This document shows, piece by piece, positions 30,288 through 40,600 of a DNA stretch of 64,000 nt (position 1 is the first letter of the stretch; each line of letters starts with the position of its first letter). This DNA comes from Candidatus Latescibacterota bacterium. Lineage in GTDB: Bacteria > Latescibacterota > UBA2968 > UBA8231. The position numbers and the translations under genes are program-made. The notes beneath the pieces are model-generated. The model saw only the letters and a program-made list of their open reading frames with translations. It was not told where the DNA came from and ran no database searches. The stretch is from NCBI GenBank assembly GCA_964291625.2, contig OZ220089.1:2112001-2176000 (forward strand), read 5' to 3'.

Positions 30288-32026
30288 CTACGGCGACTTC
30301 TCGACCTGCACGGTCACGATGTCCACGTCGTGGTATTTCTGGTGGCGCACCGACGTGGCGTAGTGCCGCAGCAGGCGGAAGGAGATCTCGCGCTCGTCCA
30401 CCAGTTCGGGCTGAGCGCTCATGTAGGCCAGCCGGTCCTCCAGGTTCTCGGTGCTGGAGGCCGACGAGAACTCCAGCTCCATCGCCCCCTCGGCGAGGCG
30501 CGCGGCGAGGATCAGGCGCCGCCCCTCGCCGACGGCCTCGTCCTCCCCGGCCTGCTGCAGCAGGATCGCCAGCGTCTCCTCGCCGGCGGAGCGCAGCCGT
30601 CCCAACGACGGCTCGCCCCATCCGACCCGGGCGGCACACTTCTGGAGGAAGGCGTCGATCTCCGGCAACGCCTCCGCCGCCAGCTCCACCTCCAGGCGCC
30701 GGCGCCGGGGCGCCGTCAACTCCATGAAGGCGGTCAGGACGATGGCCGCCATGCCGCCGGCGGTCATGCCGTTGCCGAGCAGGGTGCCCCAGGTCCCGCC
30801 GAGCAGGTCGGCGAAGATCACCTGGTTCTGGAAGCCGACACCGATCCAGAAGGAGAGGCCCACCACCGCGGCCTTGCGGTGATCGAGGCCGTCGCCGACG
30901 ACGATCTTCATCCCCTGCACGAAGAGCATGCCGATGAGCAGGGTCACGTAGACCGCGGCCACGGGGTTGGGGATGGCGATCACCAGGGCCGTGACCTTGG
31001 GCGACAGGGCCAGGGCCACGAAGATCACGCCGAGGTACACCCCGACCCGGCGTGCGGCGACCCCGGTCAGCTCGGCCAGGGATATGCTGCTCGAGTAGGT
31101 CGTGTTGGGAGGCGTCCCGGCGAGACCGGAGAGCAGGTTGCCCACCCCGTCGGCGTTGAGGGCGCCCTGGACCAGGCGGAAGTCGGTGGCCCTCGGCTGG
31201 CGCCGCGAGACCCGCTGAATGGCGACGCCGTCGCCGATCGTCTCGATGGCGCCGACGATGGTGACCACCACGAAGGCCGGCAGCAGCGCCCAGAACTCCG
31301 GGCCCAGGCTCAGGTCCAGTCCAGGCCACGAGCTGTCGGGAAGGCCTACCCACGGCGCGTCGATCACGGACTGGACGTCGTACAGGCCGAAGGGGGCGGC
31401 GGCGGCGCAGCCCGCGGCGATGCCGATGAGGGGGGCCCACAGCCGCCAGGTCGCGGGGGCGCGCAGGGCCAGCACCACGAGGGCGAGAAAGGTCGCCCCC
31501 GCCGCCGAAGGAGCCGCGGCGGAGGACGTGCCCTCGGGCACGTCCGCGAGCAGGCCGAAGATGATCGGCATGACCGTGACCGCGATCAGCATGATCACCG
31601 TTCCCGAGACGACGGGGGTGATAACCCGGCGCAACAGGGAGAGCCGCGCCGCCAGGGCGAACTGGAAGAGGGCGGAGACCACGATCAGGCTGGCCATCAG
31701 GGGCGGCCCCCCTGGGCCAGGGCCGTGATGCAGACCGCGATGAAGGCCCCGGAGGTACCCATGATGAGCACGTGTCCGGCCCCGATCCGCCCGAGGCGGA
31801 CCGCCTGCAGAACCGTGGTCAGCCCGCTCACCACCAGGGCCGCGAAGGCGATCCAGGCGATGTACCCCGCCCCCTGACCGCCGGCCCGCCCGATGATGAC
31901 GGCGCCGAGCACCACCGGCGCCAGGACGACCACCGCCGCCTGGAAGCCGACCCCGGCGGCGACCAGGTGGGGGGGCCTCTCGTCCGGCTCGAAGCGAATG
32001 TTCTCGTTGCCGCGCTCGCTCTCCAA
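30288..32026 (-). CDS. NCS2 (xanthine/uracil) permease fused to a C-terminal degenerate RsbW/HATPase-like domain, copy 1; frameshift in C run at 31707-31712
   Basis: 'TVLQ', 'GTSGAF', 'ITPVVSGTVIMLI', 'ETIGD', 'ADGVGN..SGL.G..PNTTYS' and 'IPNPV'. There is an extra ~135-aa soluble C-terminal domain. One more base joins ORFs 31697..32026 and 30288..32651. Confidence 0.85.
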
Positions 32027-32038
32027 GGCTTCCTCCTG

Positions 32039-32809
32039 TCAGGGGCGCCAGACCAGGAGCAGCTGGGCCGTGCTCTCCTGCTGGTCCGTTCCGAGCTTGT
32101 TGCGCCAGTACTGGTACTCGATGCCGGCCAGCAGCCGCTGGGGCGCCCCGAGGAGCGCCCGCCCCAGGTCCCACGTGAACTGCGGCTGGGCGAGTACCCA
32201 CCCCCTGACATCCCCATCGAGCTCGTCGGTGCTGCCGCCGACGTACTCGGCATGGCCGGCGATGGCGAGGGACTGGCCGCCCACCTCCAGGGGCAGGGCC
32301 CAGCTGACGTCGAGCATCAGGCTGTTGCCGGTCTCCGGAGGGCCTCCGGCGGCGAGGCCGGCGTTGGCGTCGATGTAGGCGGTGAGGTCGGTGTTGAGGA
32401 ACAGGAACCCCGGCAGGTCCCAGGAGGCCCTCACGCCGGGGAGGTACTTCAGGACCTTGCCGTCGCCGCGGGCGTTGACGCCCGCCACCAGGGAGAGGTC
32501 GACGATCGGCCCCAGGCGCAGCTCCCGGCCCGACAGCCTGCCCAGGCTCAGGGTCGGATACCACTCGGCGTAGAACTCCCTGTCGTTGAAGCCGTCCTCC
32601 CCGCCGTCGTCGAGGTAGTCGACGAAGAAGAAGCTGTCCCCGAACTGCCATCCCGAAGCCCTCTGGATGGTGAGCACGAGCGTCGCCTCGGCGGTGGCGG
32701 AGAACGGGTTCAGCAGCTCGCCGTACTGCAGGTGGAACTCGGTCTGTGCGGACGCCGCGGTTCCGGTGGCCAGCACCACGGCCGCCAGGGCGGCGCCTGC
32801 CGTCTTCAT
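32039..32809 (-). CDS. Tsx-like nucleoside-specific outer-membrane channel
   Basis: Signal peptide, 'GDSFFFVD', 'FYAEWYPTLS' and 'GIEYQYWRNKLG'. Confidence 0.75.
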   Translation of the reverse strand: MKTAGAALAAVVLATGTAASAQTEFHLQYGELLNPFSATAEATLVLTIQRASGWQFGDSFFFVDYLDDGGEDGFNDREFYAEWYPTLSLGRLSGRELRLGPIVDLSLVAGVNARGDGKVLKYLPGVRASWDLPGFLFLNTDLTAYIDANAGLAAGGPPETGNSLMLDVSWALPLEVGGQSLAIAGHAEYVGGSTDELDGDVRGWVLAQPQFTWDLGRALLGAPQRLLAGIEYQYWRNKLGTDQQESTAQLLLVWRP

Positions 32810-32840
32810 GACTCGGTCCCCGGGAGTTGGAGCGGGTGAA

Positions 32841-35090
32841 TCAGGAAGTGTCCACCGCGGGAGAGAGGCCCTCCCGGGGCAGCACGATCCTGAACTCCGT
32901 GAACTCCCCCACCTCGGATTCCACCTGGAACTCCCCGCCGTGCTCGCGGACGATCTCGTGGGAGATCGAGAGCCCCAGACCGGTGCCCTGGGTCCCCGAC
33001 TTGGTGGTGAAGAAGGGGTCGAAGATCTTGTCGACGATATGGTCCGGGATGCCCGTGCCGTTGTCGCGGATGGAGATGCAGACGGTCTCCCCGCGGCTCT
33101 CGGTCTTCAGCCACACGGTGGGCTGGTAGGGACCCTCGGCCTCCTCGCCGCGGGCGATGGTGGCATGGCAGGCGTTGGTCACCACGTTGAGGAAGACCCG
33201 GCTCAGGTCCCGCGAGACGGCCTGCACCTGGCCGGCGTCGTCGTCGTACTCGTGCACCAGGTTGACGTTGAAGGTCGAATCCGTTCCCCGGAGTCCGTGG
33301 TAGGCGAGCTTGGCGTACTCGTCGAGCATCAGGTTCACGTCCACCGACTCGACCTGGCCCGCCTCGTTGCGGGAGTGAGCCAGCATGCCCTCGACGATGC
33401 GGTTGGCGCGCTCGCCGTGCTCCCTGACCTTGCCCATGTTCCCGTTGAGATCGTCGAGGATCTCCTCCACCAGTCCCCGGTCCATGCCTTCTTCGCCGTC
33501 CTCGCCGTTGGCCGCTCCCTTCATCTCCTCCCGCAGCTCGTCGATCAGCTCCGACGACAGGCCGGCGAAGTTGTTCACGAAGTTCAGGGGGTTCCGGATC
33601 TCGTGGGCGATGCCGGCGGTCAAGGCGCCCAGGGAGGCCAGCTTCTCCTGGCTGATGACCTGCTGCTGGGTGCGTTTGAGGTCTTCCAACGTCGTCTCCA
33701 GCTCGGAGTTGGTGGTCTCGAGCTCCGAGTTCTTGGCCTGCACCTCCGCCGCCAGCTTCTCCACGAGGTTGAGCCGCTGCACCTCGACGGCGTGCTGCCG
33801 GAAGACCTCCAGGGCCCCGGCCATGTCGGTCACCTCGTCGTTGCCCTCGATCCTCACCTGCACCTCCAGGTCGCCCTTCGACATCCGCCGGGTGGCGTCG
33901 AAGAGGCTGGCCATCCGCGCCAGCAGGCGCTCGGCGAAGAGCTTCCAGACGAAGTAGGCGGCCACCAGGGTCAGCAGGGTAACCCCCAGCAGGAACCAGA
34001 ACCCGAGGCGCACGAGATTGCGCGATCGATTGGCCGCGTTCCGGGTGGAGACCTCGGCGTCCATCACCAGGCCCTCCACCATGGCCACCAGGTCCGCCGT
34101 GGTCTGCTGGTTGCGCGCCAGGAGCTCCTCGGAGCGGCGGATCTCCGCCAGCTCCAGGGTGCGGGTCTCGAAGGCGCCGTCGGAGGCGGCGTAGAGACCC
34201 CTCAGCACCTCCACCCGCGGCTGGAGCCGCGCCCGGATCTCGGGCCGGATCCCCGACAGGGCCCGCCGCACGTCGCTCATGGCCGTCTCCACCCGCTCCC
34301 GGTTCGCCCGCAGCAGCTCGGGGTCGTTCTCCGTCATCGCCTGCTGCACGAAAGTGGTGGTGACGTTCTGCGAAGCCTGGAAGTCGAGGAGGCCGGCGTA
34401 GTGGGCGAGCTCCGACCCCGACGTCCGCCGGGCGGCGGCGACCGGGGCGTCGTCGAGACCGCGGAGCCCGGTATGCATGAAGAAGTGCTGGTCGTCCACC
34501 AGCTCCTCCAGCTGGAGCTGCAGCTCCAGGGCCAGGCTCGCCACCTGGCCCTCCAGCTCCCGGAGCCGGTCCCGGTACGCCATCCTGCGGCCCACCGACT
34601 CCTGGATCCGGGTGATGCTCTCCACCAGGCTGTCGGCCAGCGGCACCACCCGGTGCCCCACCCCACCCTCGACGCCTCCCCTGGACTCGGCCCTCTTCAC
34701 CTCGACGAGCCACCTCCGGAGGGTCTTCTCCTCCCGGGCCACGTCCCGTCCCACCTGCTTCAGGTCTGCCGGGTCGTCGGCGGCCAGGAGCCGGGGCGAC
34801 GCCCGCACCAGCTCGGAGCTGCTGCGGGCCACCTCGAAGGCGGCCACGAGGGCCGGCATGTGGCCCTCGGTGACCTCGCTCTGCCGGGAGCTCACGACGC
34901 TCATCAGCACCAGGGCCAGGACCACCGCGCCGATGGTCAGCGTCACGCCGCCCCCCAGGACCACGACGATCTGACTGCCGATGCCGAAACGGCCACCCGT
35001 GGCCTTGCGCACGCGGGCCCCGAGGCGGCTGGGGAGTCGCTTCAGGAACCACGCGAAGGCGGCGTGAATGCGGTCGTCCATCCTCTTCAC
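32841..35090 (-). CDS. Membrane sensor histidine kinase (large helical periplasmic domain, HAMP, HisKA, HATPase)
   Basis: 'AHEIRNPLN' H-box, 'NVVTNA', 'DNGTG', 'FFTTK' and 'GTGLGL'. Two TM segments. Confidence 0.93.
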   Translation of the reverse strand: MKRMDDRIHAAFAWFLKRLPSRLGARVRKATGGRFGIGSQIVVVLGGGVTLTIGAVVLALVLMSVVSSRQSEVTEGHMPALVAAFEVARSSSELVRASPRLLAADDPADLKQVGRDVAREEKTLRRWLVEVKRAESRGGVEGGVGHRVVPLADSLVESITRIQESVGRRMAYRDRLRELEGQVASLALELQLQLEELVDDQHFFMHTGLRGLDDAPVAAARRTSGSELAHYAGLLDFQASQNVTTTFVQQAMTENDPELLRANRERVETAMSDVRRALSGIRPEIRARLQPRVEVLRGLYAASDGAFETRTLELAEIRRSEELLARNQQTTADLVAMVEGLVMDAEVSTRNAANRSRNLVRLGFWFLLGVTLLTLVAAYFVWKLFAERLLARMASLFDATRRMSKGDLEVQVRIEGNDEVTDMAGALEVFRQHAVEVQRLNLVEKLAAEVQAKNSELETTNSELETTLEDLKRTQQQVISQEKLASLGALTAGIAHEIRNPLNFVNNFAGLSSELIDELREEMKGAANGEDGEEGMDRGLVEEILDDLNGNMGKVREHGERANRIVEGMLAHSRNEAGQVESVDVNLMLDEYAKLAYHGLRGTDSTFNVNLVHEYDDDAGQVQAVSRDLSRVFLNVVTNACHATIARGEEAEGPYQPTVWLKTESRGETVCISIRDNGTGIPDHIVDKIFDPFFTTKSGTQGTGLGLSISHEIVREHGGEFQVESEVGEFTEFRIVLPREGLSPAVDTS

Positions 35091-36271
35091 CGCGACAGGT
35101 GGGTCACCGGGGCGAACCGGCCCCTGCGGATCATGGTCAGGAAGACCCTGTCGGACCCCTGGTTGTCCCCCGGTCCGTACTCGACCTGGAAGCCCCCCAG
35201 GTCGATGGGGCCGGCCTCCTCCAGAACTCGGAGGAAGGCCTCGCGGGAGGGCGGGACGGATCCGCCCGCCCCGGACACGGAGGCGCGCAGGGCGTCGACC
35301 ACCAGGCGGCCGGCGAGATACCCCTCCAGGGAGACGAACCCCGGTTGAGCCGCCGCCTCCACCGCCTTCAGGGCGGCGTGATAGCGGACCACCACCGGGA
35401 CCCCGGTGTCCCGGGGAAAGGGCACCACCTGGGTCACCACGACGCCGTCGCCGAGGCCGCCCAGCTCCTTCAGCAGGGCGTTGCTGCCCACGAAGGAGAT
35501 GTTCACGAAGACGGCGTCCAGGCCGATCTTCCGTGCCCACTTGATGAAGTGGGCCGCCGGGCGGTAGGCGCCGATGATGATGACGGCCTCCGGATCGCTG
35601 TCCTGAAGACCGAGGAGGGCCCGCTTCACGGCCACCGTGTTGCGCATGTAGGTGACCTCGCCAACCAGCTCCATGCCGCGCCGCTCGAGGGCCTGCCGGA
35701 CACCCGTCAGACCGGCCTTGCCGTAGCTGTCGTCCTGGTAGAGGATGGCGATGCGCCGGAACCCCAGGTCCTCGGTGAGCCGCGCCACCATCTCTTCCGT
35801 CTCCTGGAAGTAGGAGGCGCGCACGTTCACCACGTAGCGCTGGTCGTTCCCCCGGAGCAGCTCGGCGCCGGTGAAGGGTCCGATGTAGGGAACCGAGGCG
35901 CCGCTGGCGATCGGCTCGGCGGCGTTGGAGGTGGGCGTGCCGACGGCGCCGATGAGGCCGAAGACGCCGCGGGCGATCAGCTCCCGGGTGTTGGCGACGG
36001 CGGCCTCGGGCTCGTAGCCGTCGTCCCGCACCAGGAGTTTCAGCTTGCGGCCGTCGATGCCGCCGGACCGGTTGGCCTCCTCGAAGGCGGCGCGGATGCC
36101 GAGGTTCATGTTGCGGCCCAGTTCGGCAGCCGGGCCGCTCAGCGCCGCCGACTGACCGAAGAGGATGGAGTCGGCATGGACGCCGTCGCCGCCTCCCTGC
36201 GCCCCCTGTCCGTCCGCCGCCGCCGGGGCCAGCCCGAGCGCCGCGGCGGCGAGGAGGGCCAGCCGGGTCAT
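35087..36271 (-). CDS. Periplasmic binding protein (LivJ-type), paralog of 19112..20434
   Basis: Signal peptide, 'GQSAALSGP', 'DDGYEP', 'VGTPT', 'RASY..E', 'ISFVGS' and 'SLEGY'. Confidence 0.9.
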   Translation of the reverse strand: MTRLALLAAAALGLAPAAADGQGAQGGGDGVHADSILFGQSAALSGPAAELGRNMNLGIRAAFEEANRSGGIDGRKLKLLVRDDGYEPEAAVANTRELIARGVFGLIGAVGTPTSNAAEPIASGASVPYIGPFTGAELLRGNDQRYVVNVRASYFQETEEMVARLTEDLGFRRIAILYQDDSYGKAGLTGVRQALERRGMELVGEVTYMRNTVAVKRALLGLQDSDPEAVIIIGAYRPAAHFIKWARKIGLDAVFVNISFVGSNALLKELGGLGDGVVVTQVVPFPRDTGVPVVVRYHAALKAVEAAAQPGFVSLEGYLAGRLVVDALRASVSGAGGSVPPSREAFLRVLEEAGPIDLGGFQVEYGPGDNQGSDRVFLTMIRRGRFAPVTHLSR

Positions 36272-36272
36272 C

Positions 36273-37454
36273 TCAGGAGCTATCTCCCAGGTAACGGAGG
36301 GTCATGCAGGTGATGTCGTCTGACTGGGGGGCCTCGCCGGCGTGGGCGTGCACGGCCTCCACGACCCGCTGACTGAAGTCGGCGGCGCTCGATCCGGCGG
36401 CTTCCGCCAGGATCCGGGTCAGCCTCTGGTCGCCGAACTCCTCGCCGTTCTCGTCCATCGCCTCGTTGACACCGTCGGTGTAGAAGAACAACGCGTCTCC
36501 CGGTTCGAGGTCGAGGTCCCCGCCCGGAAAGTCGAACTCCGGCAGCACGCCGAGGACGAGACCCGGAGGGCAGTCGATCTGCCGCACCTCGCCGGAGGCC
36601 TTGACCACGTACGGCAGATTGTGCCCCGCATTGGCGTACTCCACACGCCCCGTCTCCGGATCGAAGCTGGAATAGAAGACGGTGACGAACATCGACTCCT
36701 CGTTCGACTCGGTGAGGAGCTGGTTCACCTCGGTGAGACAGGCCGCCGGGTCGCCCTCCCCGATGGCGGTGCCCTTCATGAGGGTCCGGCTCACCATCAT
36801 GAAGAGGGCCGCCGGCACGCCCTTTCCGGAGACGTCCGCCACCACGATACCCAGGCGGTCGTCCTCGAGACGGAAGAAGTCGTAGAAATCGCCGCCCACC
36901 TCGCGCGCCGGGATCATGGAAGCGTGCAGCTCGAAGCGGGGATCCCTGGGGAAATCGGTGGGCAGGATGGACTCCTGCATCTGCGCCGCCACCCCCAGCT
37001 CCTGGCGCAGGGCCACCAACTCGTCCCGGGACCGCAGGGCCTCGCGCATGATCACCAGGTGCTCCAGGGTCTTGTCGATCGTCGCCTCGAGATCGTCGAA
37101 GTCGATCGGCTTGGTGACGAAGTCGAAGGCGCCCCGGTTCATGGCGGTGCGGATGTTCTTCATGTCCCCGTAGGCGGTGACCATCACCGCCCGCAGGTCG
37201 TAGTCCAGATTGCCGAGTTGCTGCAGGAGGGTGAGGCCGTCCATCTCGGGCATGTTGATGTCGGACAGGACCAGATCGACGTCGTCGTGATCCTCGAGCT
37301 GCTTGAGGGCCTCGACCCCGTTCTGCGCGAAGATGAGGTTGATCTGTCCGGACCGGGTCTTGCGGCGGAACTTCTGCCGGAGCAGCAACTCCAGGTCCGG
37401 CTCGTCGTCCACCACGAGGATCTTCGGTACCATCGTCGCTGCAGGGTTGGACAT
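36273..37454 (-). CDS. Receiver domain fused to a SpoIIE/PP2C (RsbU/RsbP-type) phosphatase
   Basis: 'VVDDE', 'SDINMP' and 'KP' receiver motifs. 'GGDFYD', 'DVSGKG', 'YTDGV' and 'DDIT' phosphatase motifs. Confidence 0.93.
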   Translation of the reverse strand: MSNPAATMVPKILVVDDEPDLELLLRQKFRRKTRSGQINLIFAQNGVEALKQLEDHDDVDLVLSDINMPEMDGLTLLQQLGNLDYDLRAVMVTAYGDMKNIRTAMNRGAFDFVTKPIDFDDLEATIDKTLEHLVIMREALRSRDELVALRQELGVAAQMQESILPTDFPRDPRFELHASMIPAREVGGDFYDFFRLEDDRLGIVVADVSGKGVPAALFMMVSRTLMKGTAIGEGDPAACLTEVNQLLTESNEESMFVTVFYSSFDPETGRVEYANAGHNLPYVVKASGEVRQIDCPPGLVLGVLPEFDFPGGDLDLEPGDALFFYTDGVNEAMDENGEEFGDQRLTRILAEAAGSSAADFSQRVVEAVHAHAGEAPQSDDITCMTLRYLGDSS

Positions 37455-37695
37455 TTCGGTCACTGGCCTTTGAAGGGCACCTCACGAGACGGTAAGGTAC
37501 GCACGGTGATGAGTGTAGCGCACGGGCTGTCTGACCCGCAAGCCCGTCCCGGGGGCGGGCAAACCGGTTCGGATCGGCACCGTGCCTTCCCGCCGCAAGC
37601 GGCCTGTCATTGACGGAAAGGGGTGGCGGCGTGCACCCCGGGGAGGCGGTATATTCCAGGCAGCGGACAGCGACCGGATCGGGAGGAGATGGCAG

Positions 37696-40600
37696 ATGAG
37701 TTCCGAGACTGGAGGCACCGGGCGGAGGGACGGCTCTTCCGACTTGCACAGGGAGTCACCCACCCCGACAGAAGCCGGAAGCCGGCAGGCTTCCAGGTCA
37801 GCAGAACCGATAGCGATCGTGGGCATGGCGTGTCGATTCCCCGGCGCCACGGGCATCCCCGCCTTCTGGCGTCTCCTCGAAGAGGGTGGAAACGCTGTCC
37901 GCGAAAGGGTCCCGGGTTCGGCGGCGGGCCGATGGGAGCAGCTCTTTTCGGAAGGGACGGTTCAGAGCGAAGGCTGCCGTTACGGCGCTTTCATCGACGA
38001 CATCGACCTCTTCGACGCGGAGTTCTTCCGCATATCGCCTGTCGAGGCGCAACTGCTGGATCCTCAACAACGGCTCATGCTCGAGACGAGCTGGCAAGCC
38101 CTCGAGGACGCGGGTATCGATCCGGACGGTCTCAAGGGAAGCCTGACCGGGGTCTACACCGGAATCAGCAACGACGAGTACCGCATGCTGGTTCTCGAGT
38201 CGAGCCGACCCGCAGAGGCCGCCGGGTGCCTCTACGCCCTCAGCGGCACCAACCTCAACGGCGCCGCCGGACGGGTCTCCTTCGTGATGGGTCTCATGGG
38301 ACCGGCCAAGGCGGTGGACGCCGCCTGCGCGTCGTCCCTGGTCTCGGTCCACGACGCCGTGGCCGACCTGCAGCAGGGCAAGGCGGACCTGGCCATCGCC
38401 GGCGGCGTGCAGGCCCTCCTGAACGGCCACATCTACGAGCTGCGCGCCGATGCGATGATGCTCTCTCCCGATGGGCAGTGCAAGACCTTCGATGCTTCCG
38501 CAAACGGCTACGTGCGGGGCGAGGGCTGCGGGGTCGTCGTCCTGAAGCGGCTGAGCGAGGCCGAGGCGGACGGCGACCGCATCTGGGCGGTGATCCGGGG
38601 CGCGGCGGTGAACAACGGCGGCGCCAGCGTCGGACTGACCGTTCCGAACACGCCCGCCCTGGAACAGGTGATGGATGCGGCCCTGGCGGAGGCGGGCATC
38701 CCTCCGTCGGAGGTCGATTACCTGGAGGCCCACGGGACCGGAACGACCGTGGGCGATCCGATCGAGATCAACGCGGTGACCGCCGTCTACGGCAGGGAGC
38801 GTCAACCGGATCACCCGCTGCTGGTGGGCTCGGTGAAGACCAACATCGGCCACCTGGAGTCGGCTGCCGGCGTGGCCGGACTGATCAAGGCGGCCCTGGT
38901 ACTCAAGCGGGGCGTGATCCCGAAGCACCTCCATTTCCAGGATCCCGAGCCGAGTGTCGACTGGGACCGGCTGCCGGTACGGATCACGTCGGAGATGATG
39001 GACTGGCCGCGCCGCGGATGGCCGCGGGTGGCCGGCGTGAACTCCTTCGGCATCTCCGGGACGAACGCCCACCTCGTGGTGGAGGAGTACGCCGACCCGG
39101 ATGCCGCATCCTCGGGCGACCAGGCTCCCGGCCTGCCGAAGGCGGTGGCGGTCCAGGTGCCGGCGGCCCTGGCGGATCTGCCGTTGGCGGAGCAGGAGGT
39201 CGAGCCCCGCCGGAGCCGGATTCTGCCGCTGTCGGCGAAGTCCGATGGAGCGCTCCGGGATCTCGGGCAGCTGTACCTGTCGTGGCTCGACGAGCACGCC
39301 GGCACAGATGGCTCGGAATGCGAGTCCCTGCTTGCGGACATGGCCTGGACGGCGGGTGTCGGGCGCAGTCACTTCACCCACCGGGCCGGCGTCGTATTCG
39401 GCGATCTCGCGTCGCTGCGCGAGGGCCTCGCCCCGCTCGCCGAGTCCGGCACGAGTCCCGCGGCCAGAACGCCGGCCAGGATCGCCTTCGTCTATACCGG
39501 ACAGGGAAGCCAGTGGGTCGACATGGGACGGGCCCTCTACGAGAGCGAGCCCGTGGCGAGGGTGGTTCTGGACCGCTGCGAGGCCGTCTTCCGCGACGAA
39601 CGGGGTGGATCTCTTCTGGACGTGATGTTCGGCCGGGACGGGGGGGAGGGGGAGCTCGGCGATACGGCGTGGGAGCAGCCCGCCCTCTACGCCCTGGAGT
39701 GCGCCCTCACGGCGCTGTGGTCGAGCCTCGGAGTACGACCCGACGTGGTCGTCGGACACAGCATCGGGGAACTGGCGGCGTCGCAGACGGCGGGCGTCTT
39801 CAGCCTCGAGGACGGGATGCGGTTCGCCGCCGTGCGCGGCCGGCTGATGTCGCAGATGGCCGAGGGCGGCATGGCCGCGGTCTTCGCACCCGCCGAGCGC
39901 GTGGCCCCGGCGGTGGAGGCGGTGAACGCGGCCTCCACCGGCCCCGGCCTGAGCATCTCGGGCTACAACGGCAGCCACCAGGTGGTCAGCGGCCCGGTCC
40001 CGGGGATCGAAGCGATCTCGAAGCAGTTCGACCAGGAGGGAATCCGGGTCCGGCGCCTGAACACGACCAAGGCCTTCCACAGCGCCCTGGTCGAGCCCAT
40101 CCTGGACGAGCTGGAAGCGTTCTTCGAGGGCGTGGCGGTCCAGCCTCCCGCTCTCGCCGTGGTCAGCAATCTGACCGGCCGGGCCGTCGAAGCCGGCCAG
40201 GCCCAGGACGGAGCCTACTGGAGGCGCCATGCCCGGGAGCCGGTCGCCTTCGCCCAGGGGGTGCGGACGCTGGCGGAGCTGGGGGTGGACGCGGTGCTGG
40301 AGATCGGCCCGCGCTCGGTGCTGGCGCCCATGGCAGCCTCCGCCTGGCCGGAATCGCCCTCCGCACCGGCGCCGGTGGTGCTCTCGAGTCTCAGCCCGCC
40401 CTCGGGCGGCACGGAGGAGTCCGGAAGCGCCCACGACGGTTTCCTGGGGGCCGTCGCGGAGGCCTACCAGGCGGGCCTTCCGATCCGCTTTGCGGGACTC
40501 TTCGCGGGGGAGAGTCGGCGGCGGATCTCCCTGCCGGGCTATCCCTTCCAGCGCGAGCATCACTGGGTCGAGGCCCCCCGGGGTCAGAGCCGGAGCTCGG

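Noticed and set aside
1440-31712. Frameshifts near 1453, 2493, 2540, 7945-7948 and 31707-31712 as programmed frameshifting, phase variation or pseudogenes
   Set aside because: They are single-base indels, mostly in short G/C runs, in otherwise intact and unrelated genes. Long-read consensus error is the simplest explanation. Read data are needed to decide.
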